Source: Flavobacteriales bacterium
GTDB taxonomy: Bacteria; Bacteroidota; Bacteroidia; Palsa-965
DNA: 64,000 nucleotides
Assembly: GCA_040377305.1 (NCBI GenBank)
Contig: JBEIPA010000008.1
Coordinates: forward strand, 64,001 to 128,000
Direction: 5' to 3'
The translations under genes and the position numbers were made by a program. Positions 1 through 9,790 of this stretch are shown piece by piece (position 1 is the first letter of the stretch; the number at the start of each line of letters is the position of its first letter). The notes beneath the pieces are model-generated. The model searched no databases and was not told where the DNA came from. It saw only the letters and a list, made by a program, of their open reading frames with translations.

Positions 1-706
1 TGGGAAGCATACTATCGCGTGGGGCAACTATTGCACGATAACCATTTGAATTTGCGCACCATGATGGCAAGTCCTCGATACCACCCACTCCAATACCATT
101 CACAAACCAATACTCATGAGTTGTGGTCATGCCGCTATCCACATAATCGATGTACTCATGTACCACTCCGTCAAAAGTGAACATATAGGAAGCAGTTCCA
201 ACAAAGGCGTTCATATCACTACGCAAATGAACACCGGTTGGATCTACGGAAGTTTCATTCGTCATGTCAACATAAAAACGAATCAAATTCTTTCCTGCGG
301 GAGCATTTCCGCCGAAACGTACATCTGGTAAGACAAACGTGTCGTTAGAAAGTGAATCGAGGTAAAACCAACGGTTGTCGATGAAGTTATAATTCACACG
401 CGATTCCAACGGAACAAACTCCTGCTGATATCCGTGGATTCCGTTTACGTATTTAAATTCGTAAAGCGCAAATGCAGGAATATCAACCACACACCAATAG
501 ATGTTCGTATCGGCAACACCTTGTGTCATTGCAGTTGTTCCCGGATCCCAATCGGTAGCGAAACCAGCTTCATCCTGAAAATTGCCGGTAACCTGAATTC
601 CCGTAGAATCCTTAGGCCACGATTCCATGTTTACACGAAACATAACTTTCTTCGCCGATAAGGTGAACGACGCGATAACGAATAAACAAATGAAAATTCT
701 TTTCAT
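1..706 (-). CDS. Secreted protein with CBM20/CBM48-like repeated beta-sandwich domains (partial; runs off the window start; not in ORF track)
   Basis: Manual translation from ATG at 706 gives MKRIFICLFVIASFTLSA-KKVMFRVNM...YEFKYVNG...IRFYVDM...HEYWFVNG, open to position 1. It has a signal peptide and two similar F(R/Y)V(N/D)M...Y.(Y/F)VNG modules. Confidence 0.7.
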   Translation of the reverse strand, partial: MKRIFICLFVIASFTLSAKKVMFRVNMESWPKDSTGIQVTGNFQDEAGFATDWDPGTTAMTQGVADTNIYWCVVDIPAFALYEFKYVNGIHGYQQEFVPLESRVNYNFIDNRWFYLDSLSNDTFVLPDVRFGGNAPAGKNLIRFYVDMTNETSVDPTGVHLRSDMNAFVGTASYMFTFDGVVHEYIDYVDSGMTTTHEYWFVNGIGVGGIEDLPSWCANSNGYRAIVAPRDSMLP

Positions 707-725
707 AATAATCTGGTCTTTTATA

Positions 726-2420
726 TTATTTATTCAGTGCTATGCGACGTGAAATAACACCCGCATTCTCCGTGGTAATGTTCACGAAATAGACTCCGTT
801 CTCAAACGCAGACATGTCTACGATTTTCTGGTTCTGAACTTTAATCACTGAACGGCCCGCAGCGTCAATCACTTCAACTGTGAAATTTCCATTTAGAACT
901 TCTCCGTTCAGATTGAGAATTCCATTTGTTGGATTCGGATACGCCGTCAGATTGTGCGCCTGATCGAATGAAGCCACATCCATGATCAATGAATGATCGT
1001 AGAGTGTTGAATAACTCAACCAACATCCGTTTGAATCGGTGACCTGAACTACATACGCACCTGTAACCGCAGCCGTGTGCGATTGGGAAGTTGCGCCCGG
1101 AATCAACACGCCGTCAACAAACCATTGGTAAGTTGTGGCAGCTGTTGAAGTCAACACATTTCCGTTTGAAGTGATTGTTGGAATCGCAGGAGCAGCGCTC
1201 GTAATCTGACAAGCGGAATAACGGAATGCCTGTGATACTGCTCCCGTTGCTGTGTACGACCAAATTGTGTTTCCTGCAGGATCAACTTCATACATCACAC
1301 CGCTCATTGCAAGACACACCAGCTGATTTCCGTTAGGAAGTTGCTGCGAATTGCCCATGTTCGATGTTCCGTTTGTGCATGTAAGTCGTGATGTGTAAGT
1401 AGCAGGCGCATAAGCAACCATTGAAGAATAAGAGTAATTAAATCCCGAATAAGGTGGCATGACCTGATCTACGCAGGAAATATTTGTGGAGATACCTTCG
1501 TTATTTAATGCGACAATGCGTCCTGCGTTCGGACAATCCTGTGGAATCCAATGTGCGTCGTGTATCACATCAAAATTTGCGATACCAGTATGATCATAAC
1601 GGGTAGGATTTCCCCAGCGATAAAGAAAATCTCCTCCTTTGCCGCTGCGTCCGCCTGAATGGCTTGCTGCTTCTGCAGTAGTGGTACTGTGATCAATCAC
1701 ATAAAATTCATTCGTGTTGTGTGCACTTACAACAATCTGATCCAACATGGGGTTGTAATCGATTCCGTTCATGTGCCAGAAATCCTTCGTCTGCGAGGAA
1801 ATCGTTACAGCGTTGATATCATACAACTCCGGATGATCTGCAACATTCGTCACATAGTTCCCGTCATTTGCGTCATCATCCTGACACAAGTGATCCCAGA
1901 GATGCCATTCCCAAACAATCGTGCCGGTTGTAGTTCCGGTTGGCTGTACTTCGACAATGTGATCCGGCCAATGTGTGCCATTGTAATTTGAACCCGCAGC
2001 AGTTGCTGCTGCTGCATTTTTCAGTTCATAAGCGATGAGGAGCACATTTCCATTGGGCAAACAGCAAATATCGTGGTGAGCACAATACGTGGTTGTTGAA
2101 TACGTGTAATCCCACAATATCGTTCCGTTCCAATCCACTTTCTGTACGCGACCAGACATGCCGCCACCTGCAAAAACATTATTTGTTACATCAACGGTGC
2201 GAAGTAGAACTCCGCCAGGTAACATATAATTCGAATATGCAGTTGTTCCGGAAAGTCCAGTCCAGGAATGATATACTGCGTTGGTTGTATCACGGAGACG
2301 AACAGTCGTACTACCATTGATACCAATCAACGTGTACTCACCCCATTGTTGTGCGTTCACATTAGAAAAGCCCAATGCACAAATTGCAAGGGCCAGAAAT
2401 TTGCGGCCAGGAAAATTCAT
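726..2420 (-). CDS. Aryl-sulfate sulfotransferase (ASST)-family beta-propeller protein with T9SS type A C-terminal domain
   Basis: Signal peptide. ASST-like motifs AHHD, DFWHMNGIDY, IHDAHWI, GNSQQLPNGNQL. C-terminal AYPNPT...GVYFV sorting domain. Confidence 0.8.
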   Translation of the reverse strand: MNFPGRKFLALAICALGFSNVNAQQWGEYTLIGINGSTTVRLRDTTNAVYHSWTGLSGTTAYSNYMLPGGVLLRTVDVTNNVFAGGGMSGRVQKVDWNGTILWDYTYSTTTYCAHHDICCLPNGNVLLIAYELKNAAAATAAGSNYNGTHWPDHIVEVQPTGTTTGTIVWEWHLWDHLCQDDDANDGNYVTNVADHPELYDINAVTISSQTKDFWHMNGIDYNPMLDQIVVSAHNTNEFYVIDHSTTTAEAASHSGGRSGKGGDFLYRWGNPTRYDHTGIANFDVIHDAHWIPQDCPNAGRIVALNNEGISTNISCVDQVMPPYSGFNYSYSSMVAYAPATYTSRLTCTNGTSNMGNSQQLPNGNQLVCLAMSGVMYEVDPAGNTIWSYTATGAVSQAFRYSACQITSAAPAIPTITSNGNVLTSTAATTYQWFVDGVLIPGATSQSHTAAVTGAYVVQVTDSNGCWLSYSTLYDHSLIMDVASFDQAHNLTAYPNPTNGILNLNGEVLNGNFTVEVIDAAGRSVIKVQNQKIVDMSAFENGVYFVNITTENAGVISRRIALNK

Positions 2421-2548
2421 TTCAGTTTGGATTTTGTAAACTAAAGATCAAGAAACCTTTAAGTCTTGCTAAATTTAATAGGTAAATCCGGACTTTTAGA
2501 GGTAAAAGTGCGAGATGTGCAGGCTTACTTTACAACTGGTTAATATGC

Positions 2549-3244
2549 CTATTGTTTGTACACCGCATAGAACTCATCTTCATAGCTAGCCCCTAATGGA
2601 ACCTGGACGTTGGGTAGGCAAACCTGCTTGTTCCTTACCGATTGAATCTTCTGCAAAGGCACGATAAATGAACGGTGAACCCGGAAAAACGCCGAATTTG
2701 GTAAGCGTTCGAGGATCTTTTTCATGGTCATGCGCGCAACCACCATTTTCCCCGTATCGAGGTGGATTTTGATATAATCATCCAGTCCTTCGATATACGC
2801 GATGTCCGTAAAATTGATCTTGATCAGACTATAGTCAGCTCGCACCAGCATGTGGTTCGCTCCTTTGTCCTCAGAAGAACGCATCAACTCAGCGAGCTGA
2901 TTCACTTTTTCAACAGCCTGAACAAAACGCTCGTAAGAAAATGGCTTAAGAATGTAATCTGCAGCTTTGAGGTTGAATCCTTCAACAGCATACTCTGCAT
3001 GTGCCGTTGTGAAAATAACCTGTGTATTCTCCGGAATCTCCTTGAACAATTCGAGCCCGGAAACAGAAGGCATGTTGATGTCCAGAAACACCAGATCGAC
3101 AGGAAACTTTTTTAGATGCCGAATTGCTTCCGTAGGTTTCGTGAAAGTTTTTTGCAGCTCAACCAATCCGCAGCGGGATGCAAACTCAGTGATAATACTC
3201 AGCGCAGGTGGTTCGTCGTCGATGGCAATAGCAGATAGTTTCAT
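2549..3244 (-). CDS. LytTR-family response regulator
   Basis: REC domain (IDDE, FLDINMP, FTTAH, KP) plus LytTR domain (FRVHRSFIV). Confidence 0.93.
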   Translation of the reverse strand: MKLSAIAIDDEPPALSIITEFASRCGLVELQKTFTKPTEAIRHLKKFPVDLVFLDINMPSVSGLELFKEIPENTQVIFTTAHAEYAVEGFNLKAADYILKPFSYERFVQAVEKVNQLAELMRSSEDKGANHMLVRADYSLIKINFTDIAYIEGLDDYIKIHLDTGKMVVARMTMKKILERLPNSAFFRVHRSFIVPLQKIQSVRNKQVCLPNVQVPLGASYEDEFYAVYKQ

Positions 3245-4281
3245 AAATCTATTTCTAGGTTCACAAGATATTCCTTATCAAAGCGGCCGGAATTCAGCGT
3301 ATGTTTTCCGGGATATCCCATTTTCAATCGCTGTGCGGCATTCTCCATACCGTGACCACTCTTGTATTCGTCACTGTAATCAACACGCACAATTTTATTC
3401 TTAACGAACATCGTCAATCGCGATTGCTCAATGGTTATCTGAATGTTGATGTAGCTTTCTTCCTCCGGATTTACACCGTACTTAAACGCGTTCTCTACAT
3501 ACGGAATCATCACCAAGGGCGCAATCTGCTTATTTCCTGCTTCACCGTTCACATGATATTCAATAGAAACCGTTTGCCCGAGGCGTATTCGTTGCAGTTC
3601 AACATAATTACTCACGTAATCAATTTCTTTCTCGAGGGGAACGCGATCGTTGTGTGCTTCGGTTGTAACATAACGCATCATCGCCGACAATTTCAAAACG
3701 GCTGTTGGCGCGTGTTCAGATCTGGTAATGGCGAGCGAGTAAATACTGTTGAGTGTATTGAACAAAAAGTGCGGATTGATTTGTGCTTTCAGATAAGAAA
3801 GCTCGGCATCCACTTTGCCTTGTTCCGTTTTGCGAAGTCTATCGTAAATACTCAACAACAATGCTATACTTATAACCATTGCAAAGCGCACAATGTTGCG
3901 TTCCATGGCATACACTAAAGGCGGTCCATCCCGACGCGGAGCTTCGTTCGGAACCGGAGGGTGCATTTCTGTTAGATGCAATGGAGGTTTTCCTTTAACT
4001 AACAAGGGAACACCAGCAACAAGTCCGAAGCACAGCAACACAGTAATTCCATAAATCACGTATTCCTTCGAGTGAAAAAACTTAGGAATGAAGTGATAAT
4101 AGTGTGCATAGAATACGCCGAGTAACAAAACGTACGCGAGAAGATCGCGTCGAAATCCGCCAACTTCCATCAGCCGGAAGCTTAGATCGAAGTCCGGAGA
4201 AAATACCACCGGCACTGCGAGAAAGCACAGCGAAGCAAAAACGTGCAAAAGGATTTTTCCCGTACGGGACTTCATAATCAA
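3241..4281 (-). CDS. LytS/YehU-type sensor histidine kinase
   Basis: Four TM helices, LKAQINPHFLFNTLN, ENAFKYG, G.GMEN. Overlaps the response regulator by 4 nt. Confidence 0.93.
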   Translation of the reverse strand: MIMKSRTGKILLHVFASLCFLAVPVVFSPDFDLSFRLMEVGGFRRDLLAYVLLLGVFYAHYYHFIPKFFHSKEYVIYGITVLLCFGLVAGVPLLVKGKPPLHLTEMHPPVPNEAPRRDGPPLVYAMERNIVRFAMVISIALLLSIYDRLRKTEQGKVDAELSYLKAQINPHFLFNTLNSIYSLAITRSEHAPTAVLKLSAMMRYVTTEAHNDRVPLEKEIDYVSNYVELQRIRLGQTVSIEYHVNGEAGNKQIAPLVMIPYVENAFKYGVNPEEESYINIQITIEQSRLTMFVKNKIVRVDYSDEYKSGHGMENAAQRLKMGYPGKHTLNSGRFDKEYLVNLEIDL

Positions 4282-4331
4282 GGGTGTAGCCTCATAAAGT
4301 TAGTCATGCAAAACTATCTGACAATAGAAGT

Positions 4332-4380
4332 GCGGTAAGTTGAATGTAATTAGCGGTGAAATAGAAGCGGAATCGGGTAA
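4332..4380. promoter_or_regulatory. Candidate LytTR operator (three direct repeats, 21-bp period)
   Basis: GCGGTAA (4332), GCGGTGA (4353) and CGGGTAA (4374) lie upstream of the LytS/LytTR operon. Confidence 0.4.
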
Positions 4381-4456
4381 ACAACTCGTGTATTAAAAAA
4401 ATGAACCGTTCCAACTCTGTAATCACCCCCATTCTATAATTCCTACATTTGATACG

Positions 4457-5920
4457 ATGCGAATCCGCAACTTGTCAGAAACAGCCATACCACCACGTTG
4501 GTTAATTGCATCTCTGCTGGCTGTCGGTATACTACTTTCAGTTTACACGATTGTCAGAGCTGTCAGGATTGAAATGACTATCGACGAGCTCCACTCACTG
4601 GAACACTACGCGAACACGTTTCAGCTTTACCCCGAGCAGTACGGAATCTGGAGTGCGAACCATCATTGGTTGAATTCTTTGAGCATGCGCTGTTCGTTGA
4701 TTCTATTCGGTGACTCTCCACTTTCCCTGCGTTTACCAAATCTGATTGCGCACATTCTCTTCCTATGGTTTACCGCCCGGATCACCTTGCGTTTGCGCGA
4801 CGATATCTTCGCGGTGGCACTATTTGCATTTCTAAATGCCCATCCTTACATGCTCGACTTCTTTTCCCTGGCGAGAGGTTACGGATTGATGTTAGGCACA
4901 ATGGCGGGTAGTATTTATTATCTGCTCTGCTTCGTCGAAAAAAAGAAAACAAAGCTTCTCGTTTACTCGCTGTTGTTCGGCTCATTTTCAGTCCTCTCGA
5001 ATTTCGTCATGCTCAACTTTTTCTTCGTCGTGCTAGCGATCATCTTCATTGCGTTCTTTGCGGACAAAGAGTTGCGCACCAAGTCAAACTTCATTTTTGT
5101 CCTCGTGTTTCCTGTCGGGCTTCTCACCCTCGTCCTTCCTCACATCAGTCAACTGCAGAGCAATGACAGCCTGGATTTTGGATTTACCTCACTTTGGAGT
5201 CAGACGATAGCTGGTCTCTGTTGGGGCATGTTGTATGATGCTCCATACGCTGGCGAAAATTCATTTGCGTCTTCTCAATTACCAATCGTAGTCCTTTTCG
5301 TCGCCGTGCTGGTTTCAGGAGTTATGTTAGTCCGCAAATACAAACTGCAAGGCTACCTGACTTCCTTCCACGGAATTGCGCTTCAGCTACTAATTGGCGT
5401 CATCGTCTTAATGCTCCTGCAATATTATGCTCTTGACTCAAGGTATCCGCCGGCCCGAAGTTCCTTGTTTCTCTTCTTTTTCTTCTTGTTGGCGATTGCA
5501 GCGTCCATTCAATTTGTCAGAGTGAATGAAATGGTCAGAAAAACTTTACTGCTTGTGTTTACTGTTCTGGTTGTCTTACATTTCTTCACTTGCTTCAATC
5601 TCCGTGGTGTTTATGAATGGAAACAAGCCAGCGGCTCACGTGATGCCATCGCCATTATTGTGAAGGAGCGTGCACAGATCAACGGTACAGGTGAAGTAGT
5701 TCTGATTTCAGGCAACATTTCAGGACCTTCACTTCGCTGGCTTGCAGATCAACAGGAATTAAACTGGCTCAGGATTATTGAACACGGAAGTGAAGAACAG
5801 CCCCCGAATGGCGACTACTATTTCGAAGAAGTACAGTTTACACCATTTCACTCCACGAATGACTGGGTTCTATTGAACGATGATCCGTTTGCGCACAATA
5901 AATTGTACAAGGCTAAGTGA
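4457..5920 (+). CDS. Polytopic membrane glycosyltransferase (GT-C fold, ArnT/PMT-like)
   Basis: DE motif after TM1 (TIDE), NH..LN, LRLP, ARGYG and many TM helices. Confidence 0.65.
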   Translation: MRIRNLSETAIPPRWLIASLLAVGILLSVYTIVRAVRIEMTIDELHSLEHYANTFQLYPEQYGIWSANHHWLNSLSMRCSLILFGDSPLSLRLPNLIAHILFLWFTARITLRLRDDIFAVALFAFLNAHPYMLDFFSLARGYGLMLGTMAGSIYYLLCFVEKKKTKLLVYSLLFGSFSVLSNFVMLNFFFVVLAIIFIAFFADKELRTKSNFIFVLVFPVGLLTLVLPHISQLQSNDSLDFGFTSLWSQTIAGLCWGMLYDAPYAGENSFASSQLPIVVLFVAVLVSGVMLVRKYKLQGYLTSFHGIALQLLIGVIVLMLLQYYALDSRYPPARSSLFLFFFFLLAIAASIQFVRVNEMVRKTLLLVFTVLVVLHFFTCFNLRGVYEWKQASGSRDAIAIIVKERAQINGTGEVVLISGNISGPSLRWLADQQELNWLRIIEHGSEEQPPNGDYYFEEVQFTPFHSTNDWVLLNDDPFAHNKLYKAK

Positions 5921-6007
5921 ACTTTTCAAAAGTTGAGCGAAACTGCCGATTGCAACCGCTATGAACCCAGGCTTCAATCGAGCCCTCATCAAACTTTGGA
6001 AAAGTTT
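5920..6007. repeat. REP doublet (REPIN-like) downstream of RAYT
   Basis: AACTTTTCAAAAGTT (5920-5934) and AAACTTTGGAAAAGTTT (5991-6007). Confidence 0.75.
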
Positions 6008-6009
6008 TG

Positions 6010-6621
6010 CTAATATTCCTCATCATCAAGCGAAGGCGGCAACTTGTGAAAAGCTCGAAAATTCTCTGCGTTGTCAAACCAATCAATCACTTCCTGTGCA
6101 CACTCGGAATGACCAGCCAGAATTGCATTGTAAGAAGATTGCATCCAGCCTTCAGGGCTATCGCTCAAGCCTGCTTCAACCGGGTTATTGTGAATATAAT
6201 GTACCAGCTTTTTCAAAAACGAGTCAACCTTCACGTGTTTTCGCTTGAAGTTCTTCATAAACAAGCTTCCCATTCGGAACTGTTGTTTATTAAAAGACTG
6301 GGTATAAGAACTAAAGAGGTTACTGAACTGTTTGCTGATAAACTTCTCCGGATCAGTTTTAAACTTAACTACTAACTGCTCTCCGTTCGTTTCCATGGAT
6401 TCCAGATAAAGAGAGATTTCTTCGATGCTCTTCACTTGAATTAAATAATGAATATGATTCGGCATTAAGCAGTAACAATACGTCTTCACAAATGGACCGA
6501 TGTAATGCTTGTACTTCGCTTCGAAGAATACATAGTTATTCTTCGTCAGAAATATTTTCTCAGAACCGTTCGCACGATTGTAAACGTGGTAATAATGTGT
6601 GGGCTCAAGCGGGATCATCAA
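6010..6621 (-). mobile_element. REP-associated tyrosine transposase (RAYT, HUH Y1_Tnp family)
   Basis: YHVYNRANG, CLMPNHIH (HUH), YIHNNPVEAGL (catalytic Tyr) and SSY motifs. Palindromes flank both sides. Confidence 0.88.
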
Positions 6622-6692
6622 ACGAAACTAGGAAATAAACGAAGACGGTTGTGCTGAATAATTCGCTTATGCCACCTGGTTATTTCCTCGAT

Positions 6693-6778
6693 AACTTTTC
6701 CAAAGTCCGATGAAGGCAAACATCCAGCTTTGGGTAATCTCGTTCGAATCAAGTTTATCGCCCAACTTTGGAAAAGTT
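6693..6778. repeat. REP doublet (REPIN-like) upstream of RAYT
   Basis: AACTTTTCCAAAGT (6693-6706) and AACTTTGGAAAAGTT (6764-6778). The unit is a diverged inverted homologue of 5920-6007. Confidence 0.75.
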
Positions 6779-6781
6779 CGA

Positions 6782-9601
6782 TTACTTCGACAAATACAGA
6801 TTCCGCTCAGAATAAATCTGGTGGAAATACTCGTCATTCAAATCGTCGATGAAGTAAATTGCTTCTCCGGTCGACTTCATCTCCGGACCAAGCTCCTTCT
6901 GAATATCAGGGAATTTCTCGTATGAGAACACCGGAATCTTGATTGCGTAACCGTGCTTGCGCGGATTGAATTTGAAGTCTTTCACTTTCTTCTCGCCCAA
7001 CATCACTTTAGTTGCGTAGTTCACATACGGCTCATCGTACGCCTTCGCAATGAAAGGAACCGTACGCGATGCACGTGGATTTGCTTCGATGATGTACACC
7101 GTTTCATTTTTCACAGCGAACTGAATGTTGATGAGTCCAACCGTATTCAGCGCGAGCGCAATGGTCTTCGTGTGCTTCTCAATCTGGTTCATCACGTTCT
7201 CCGACAAGTCGAATGGAGGAAGCACTGCGAATGAGTCACCGGAGTGAATTCCTGCTGGCTCAATGTGCTCCATGATGCCAATGATGTATACATCTTCTCC
7301 GTCACAGATCGCATCGGCTTCAGCTTCGATGGCACCTTCGAGAAAGTGATCGACCAAGACTTTGTTGCCGGGAATATCGTTCAGCAACTTCACAACGTGT
7401 TGCTCGAGTTCCTGCTCGTTGATCACGATCTTCATGCTCTGCCCGCCAAGAACATATGACGGACGAACCAGCAATGGGAATCCAAGTTCGCGTGCAAGCG
7501 CAATTGATTCTTCTGCATCTTCAATCACAGCAAATTTCGGATAAGGAATTCCGCAGTCACGTAGCAATGCAGAGAAACTACCGCGGTCTTCTGCAAGATC
7601 CAACGACTTATAATCTGTTCCGATGATCTTGATTCCGTAACGGTCCAGTTTTTCTGCAAGCTTCAATGCCGTTTGACCGCCGAGCTGAACAATTACACCA
7701 ACGGGATTCTCGTGCTTGATGATTTCGTAAATGTGCTCCCAGAAAACCGGCTCGAAGTATAGTTTGTCTGCAACATTGAAATCTGTAGAAACGGTCTCCG
7801 GGTTGCAGTTGATCATGATAGTTTCATAACCGCATTCTTTCGCTGCAAGAACGCCGTGAACACAGGAGTAATCGAATTCAATTCCTTGTCCGATACGATT
7901 CGGTCCTGATCCGAGAACAACGATCTTCTTCTTGTCGCTGCGTACAGATTCATTCTCGCTTTCGAACGTGGAATAGTAATACGGTGTGCGCGCTTCAAAT
8001 TCAGCGGCGCAAGTATCAACGAGTTTGTAAACGCGATTGATTCCGAATTCCTCAGAACGTTTCTTGTATACTTCGCTTTCCAGACAACGTAACAAGTGCG
8101 CAACCTGACGATCAGCATAACCTTTCTGTTTTGCTTCGTACATCAGATCCTTCGAGATGTTGCTGATGTTGTATTTTTCAATCTCGCGCTCAAATATCAC
8201 GAGCTCTTCAATCTGAGAAAGGAACCAATGATCAATTCGCGTAAGCTTGTGAATGGTCTTGAGAGAAATTCCCAGCTTGAACGCATCGTAGATCATGAAC
8301 AAGCGATTCCACGATGGTCGTTCTAATCCTGCCAGCAATTCCTGCTGATTGGTATTCTCTTTTCCGTCGGCACCAAGTCCGTTACGTTTAATCTCGAGAC
8401 TTTGTGCCGCTTTCTGCAATGCTTCCTGGAAAGAACGACCAATGGCCATCACCTCTCCTACCGACTTCATCTGGAACCCAAGTTCGCGGTTTGTTCCTTT
8501 GAACTTATCGAAGTTCCATCGTGGAATTTTCACGATCACGTAATCAAGCGTGGGCTCGAAATAAGCCGAAGTGCTTTGCGTGATCTGATTCATCAGCTCG
8601 TCGAGGTTGTAACCAATCGCAAGTTTCGATGCAATCTTCGCGATTGGATATCCGGTTGCTTTCGATGCGAGTGCAGATGAACGCGACACACGAGGATTAA
8701 TTTCAATTGCAATAATCTCTTCTTGATTATCCGGACTCACAGCAAACTGTACGTTACATCCGCCAGCGAAATTTCCGATCGATCGCATCATTTTGATGGC
8801 AAGCGTGCGCATCAGCTGGTAAGTAACATCAGAAAGCGTTTGTGCAGGAGCAACAGTAATTGAATCGCCTGTGTGAACTCCCATCGGATCGAAATTCTCA
8901 ATCGAACAGATGATACACACATTGTCATTGCTATCGCGCAAAAGTTCGAGCTCGAATTCTTTCCAGCCAAGAACAGCTTTATCAATCAGTACTTCGTGAA
9001 TCGGTGATGTTTGTAATCCGCGATTGAGTGCTTTATCAAACTCTTCCTTCTGGTAAACAACAGCACCACCGCTTCCTCCGAGCGTAAAAGAAGGGCGAAT
9101 TACCAATGGAAAACCAAACACTTGCGCCACTTCTTTTCCTTCGAGAAAAGACTTGGCAATTTTCGATGGAGCCATGCCTACTCCAATGCTTTCCATGCGT
9201 GCACGGAACAGATCGCGGTCTTCCGTTACTTTGATTGCGTCGATATCGACACCAATCATCCGCACATTAAATTTTTTCCAGATGCCAAGCTCGTCGCATT
9301 TCAGTGCAAGATTCAATGCAGTTTGTCCGCCCATTGTAGGCAACACCGCATCGATTTTATGCTTTTCGAGAATCTTAACGATAGACTGCGACGTAAGCGG
9401 TAGCAGGTAAATATTGTCTGCGGTGACTTTATCCGTCATGATTGTCGCCGGATTGCTGTTGATCAACGTTACTTCAATTCCTTCCTGGCGAAGTGAACGT
9501 GCCGCTTGTGATCCTGAATAGTCAAACTCGCAAGCCTGACCAATGATAATCGGCCCGCTACCGATGATCAATACGTGTTTTATACTGTTGTCTTTTGGCA
9601 T
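6782..9601 (-). CDS. carB: Carbamoyl-phosphate synthase large subunit
   Basis: GSGPIIIGQACEFDYSG and GSGPNRIGQGIEFDY duplicated ATP-grasp halves. Ends after GPEMKSTGE with no MGS domain. Confidence 0.97.
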   Translation of the reverse strand: MPKDNSIKHVLIIGSGPIIIGQACEFDYSGSQAARSLRQEGIEVTLINSNPATIMTDKVTADNIYLLPLTSQSIVKILEKHKIDAVLPTMGGQTALNLALKCDELGIWKKFNVRMIGVDIDAIKVTEDRDLFRARMESIGVGMAPSKIAKSFLEGKEVAQVFGFPLVIRPSFTLGGSGGAVVYQKEEFDKALNRGLQTSPIHEVLIDKAVLGWKEFELELLRDSNDNVCIICSIENFDPMGVHTGDSITVAPAQTLSDVTYQLMRTLAIKMMRSIGNFAGGCNVQFAVSPDNQEEIIAIEINPRVSRSSALASKATGYPIAKIASKLAIGYNLDELMNQITQSTSAYFEPTLDYVIVKIPRWNFDKFKGTNRELGFQMKSVGEVMAIGRSFQEALQKAAQSLEIKRNGLGADGKENTNQQELLAGLERPSWNRLFMIYDAFKLGISLKTIHKLTRIDHWFLSQIEELVIFEREIEKYNISNISKDLMYEAKQKGYADRQVAHLLRCLESEVYKKRSEEFGINRVYKLVDTCAAEFEARTPYYYSTFESENESVRSDKKKIVVLGSGPNRIGQGIEFDYSCVHGVLAAKECGYETIMINCNPETVSTDFNVADKLYFEPVFWEHIYEIIKHENPVGVIVQLGGQTALKLAEKLDRYGIKIIGTDYKSLDLAEDRGSFSALLRDCGIPYPKFAVIEDAEESIALARELGFPLLVRPSYVLGGQSMKIVINEQELEQHVVKLLNDIPGNKVLVDHFLEGAIEAEADAICDGEDVYIIGIMEHIEPAGIHSGDSFAVLPPFDLSENVMNQIEKHTKTIALALNTVGLINIQFAVKNETVYIIEANPRASRTVPFIAKAYDEPYVNYATKVMLGEKKVKDFKFNPRKHGYAIKIPVFSYEKFPDIQKELGPEMKSTGEAIYFIDDLNDEYFHQIYSERNLYLSK

Positions 9602-9790
9602 AGTGCTGATAAAATCATGCGAATTTACTCAATCGCGAAGTGGGCTCTTTTATTTGTTTTCAACGGTTGTTAATATGTTTATTTACTCTGCTCATCACTC
9701 TGAAATCCGTTGAAATTCCGAATTTGAAGGTCTGTGTTTATCTTGTGCTTTTCTTTCATATTCCGTTGATTTTAACGCTTGTCCGCTGTA

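Noticed and set aside
6782-9601. Truncated or pseudogenised carB (939 aa, no MGS domain)
   Set aside because: The ORF is intact with a clean stop, and short CarB forms lacking the allosteric domain are common in Bacteroidota.
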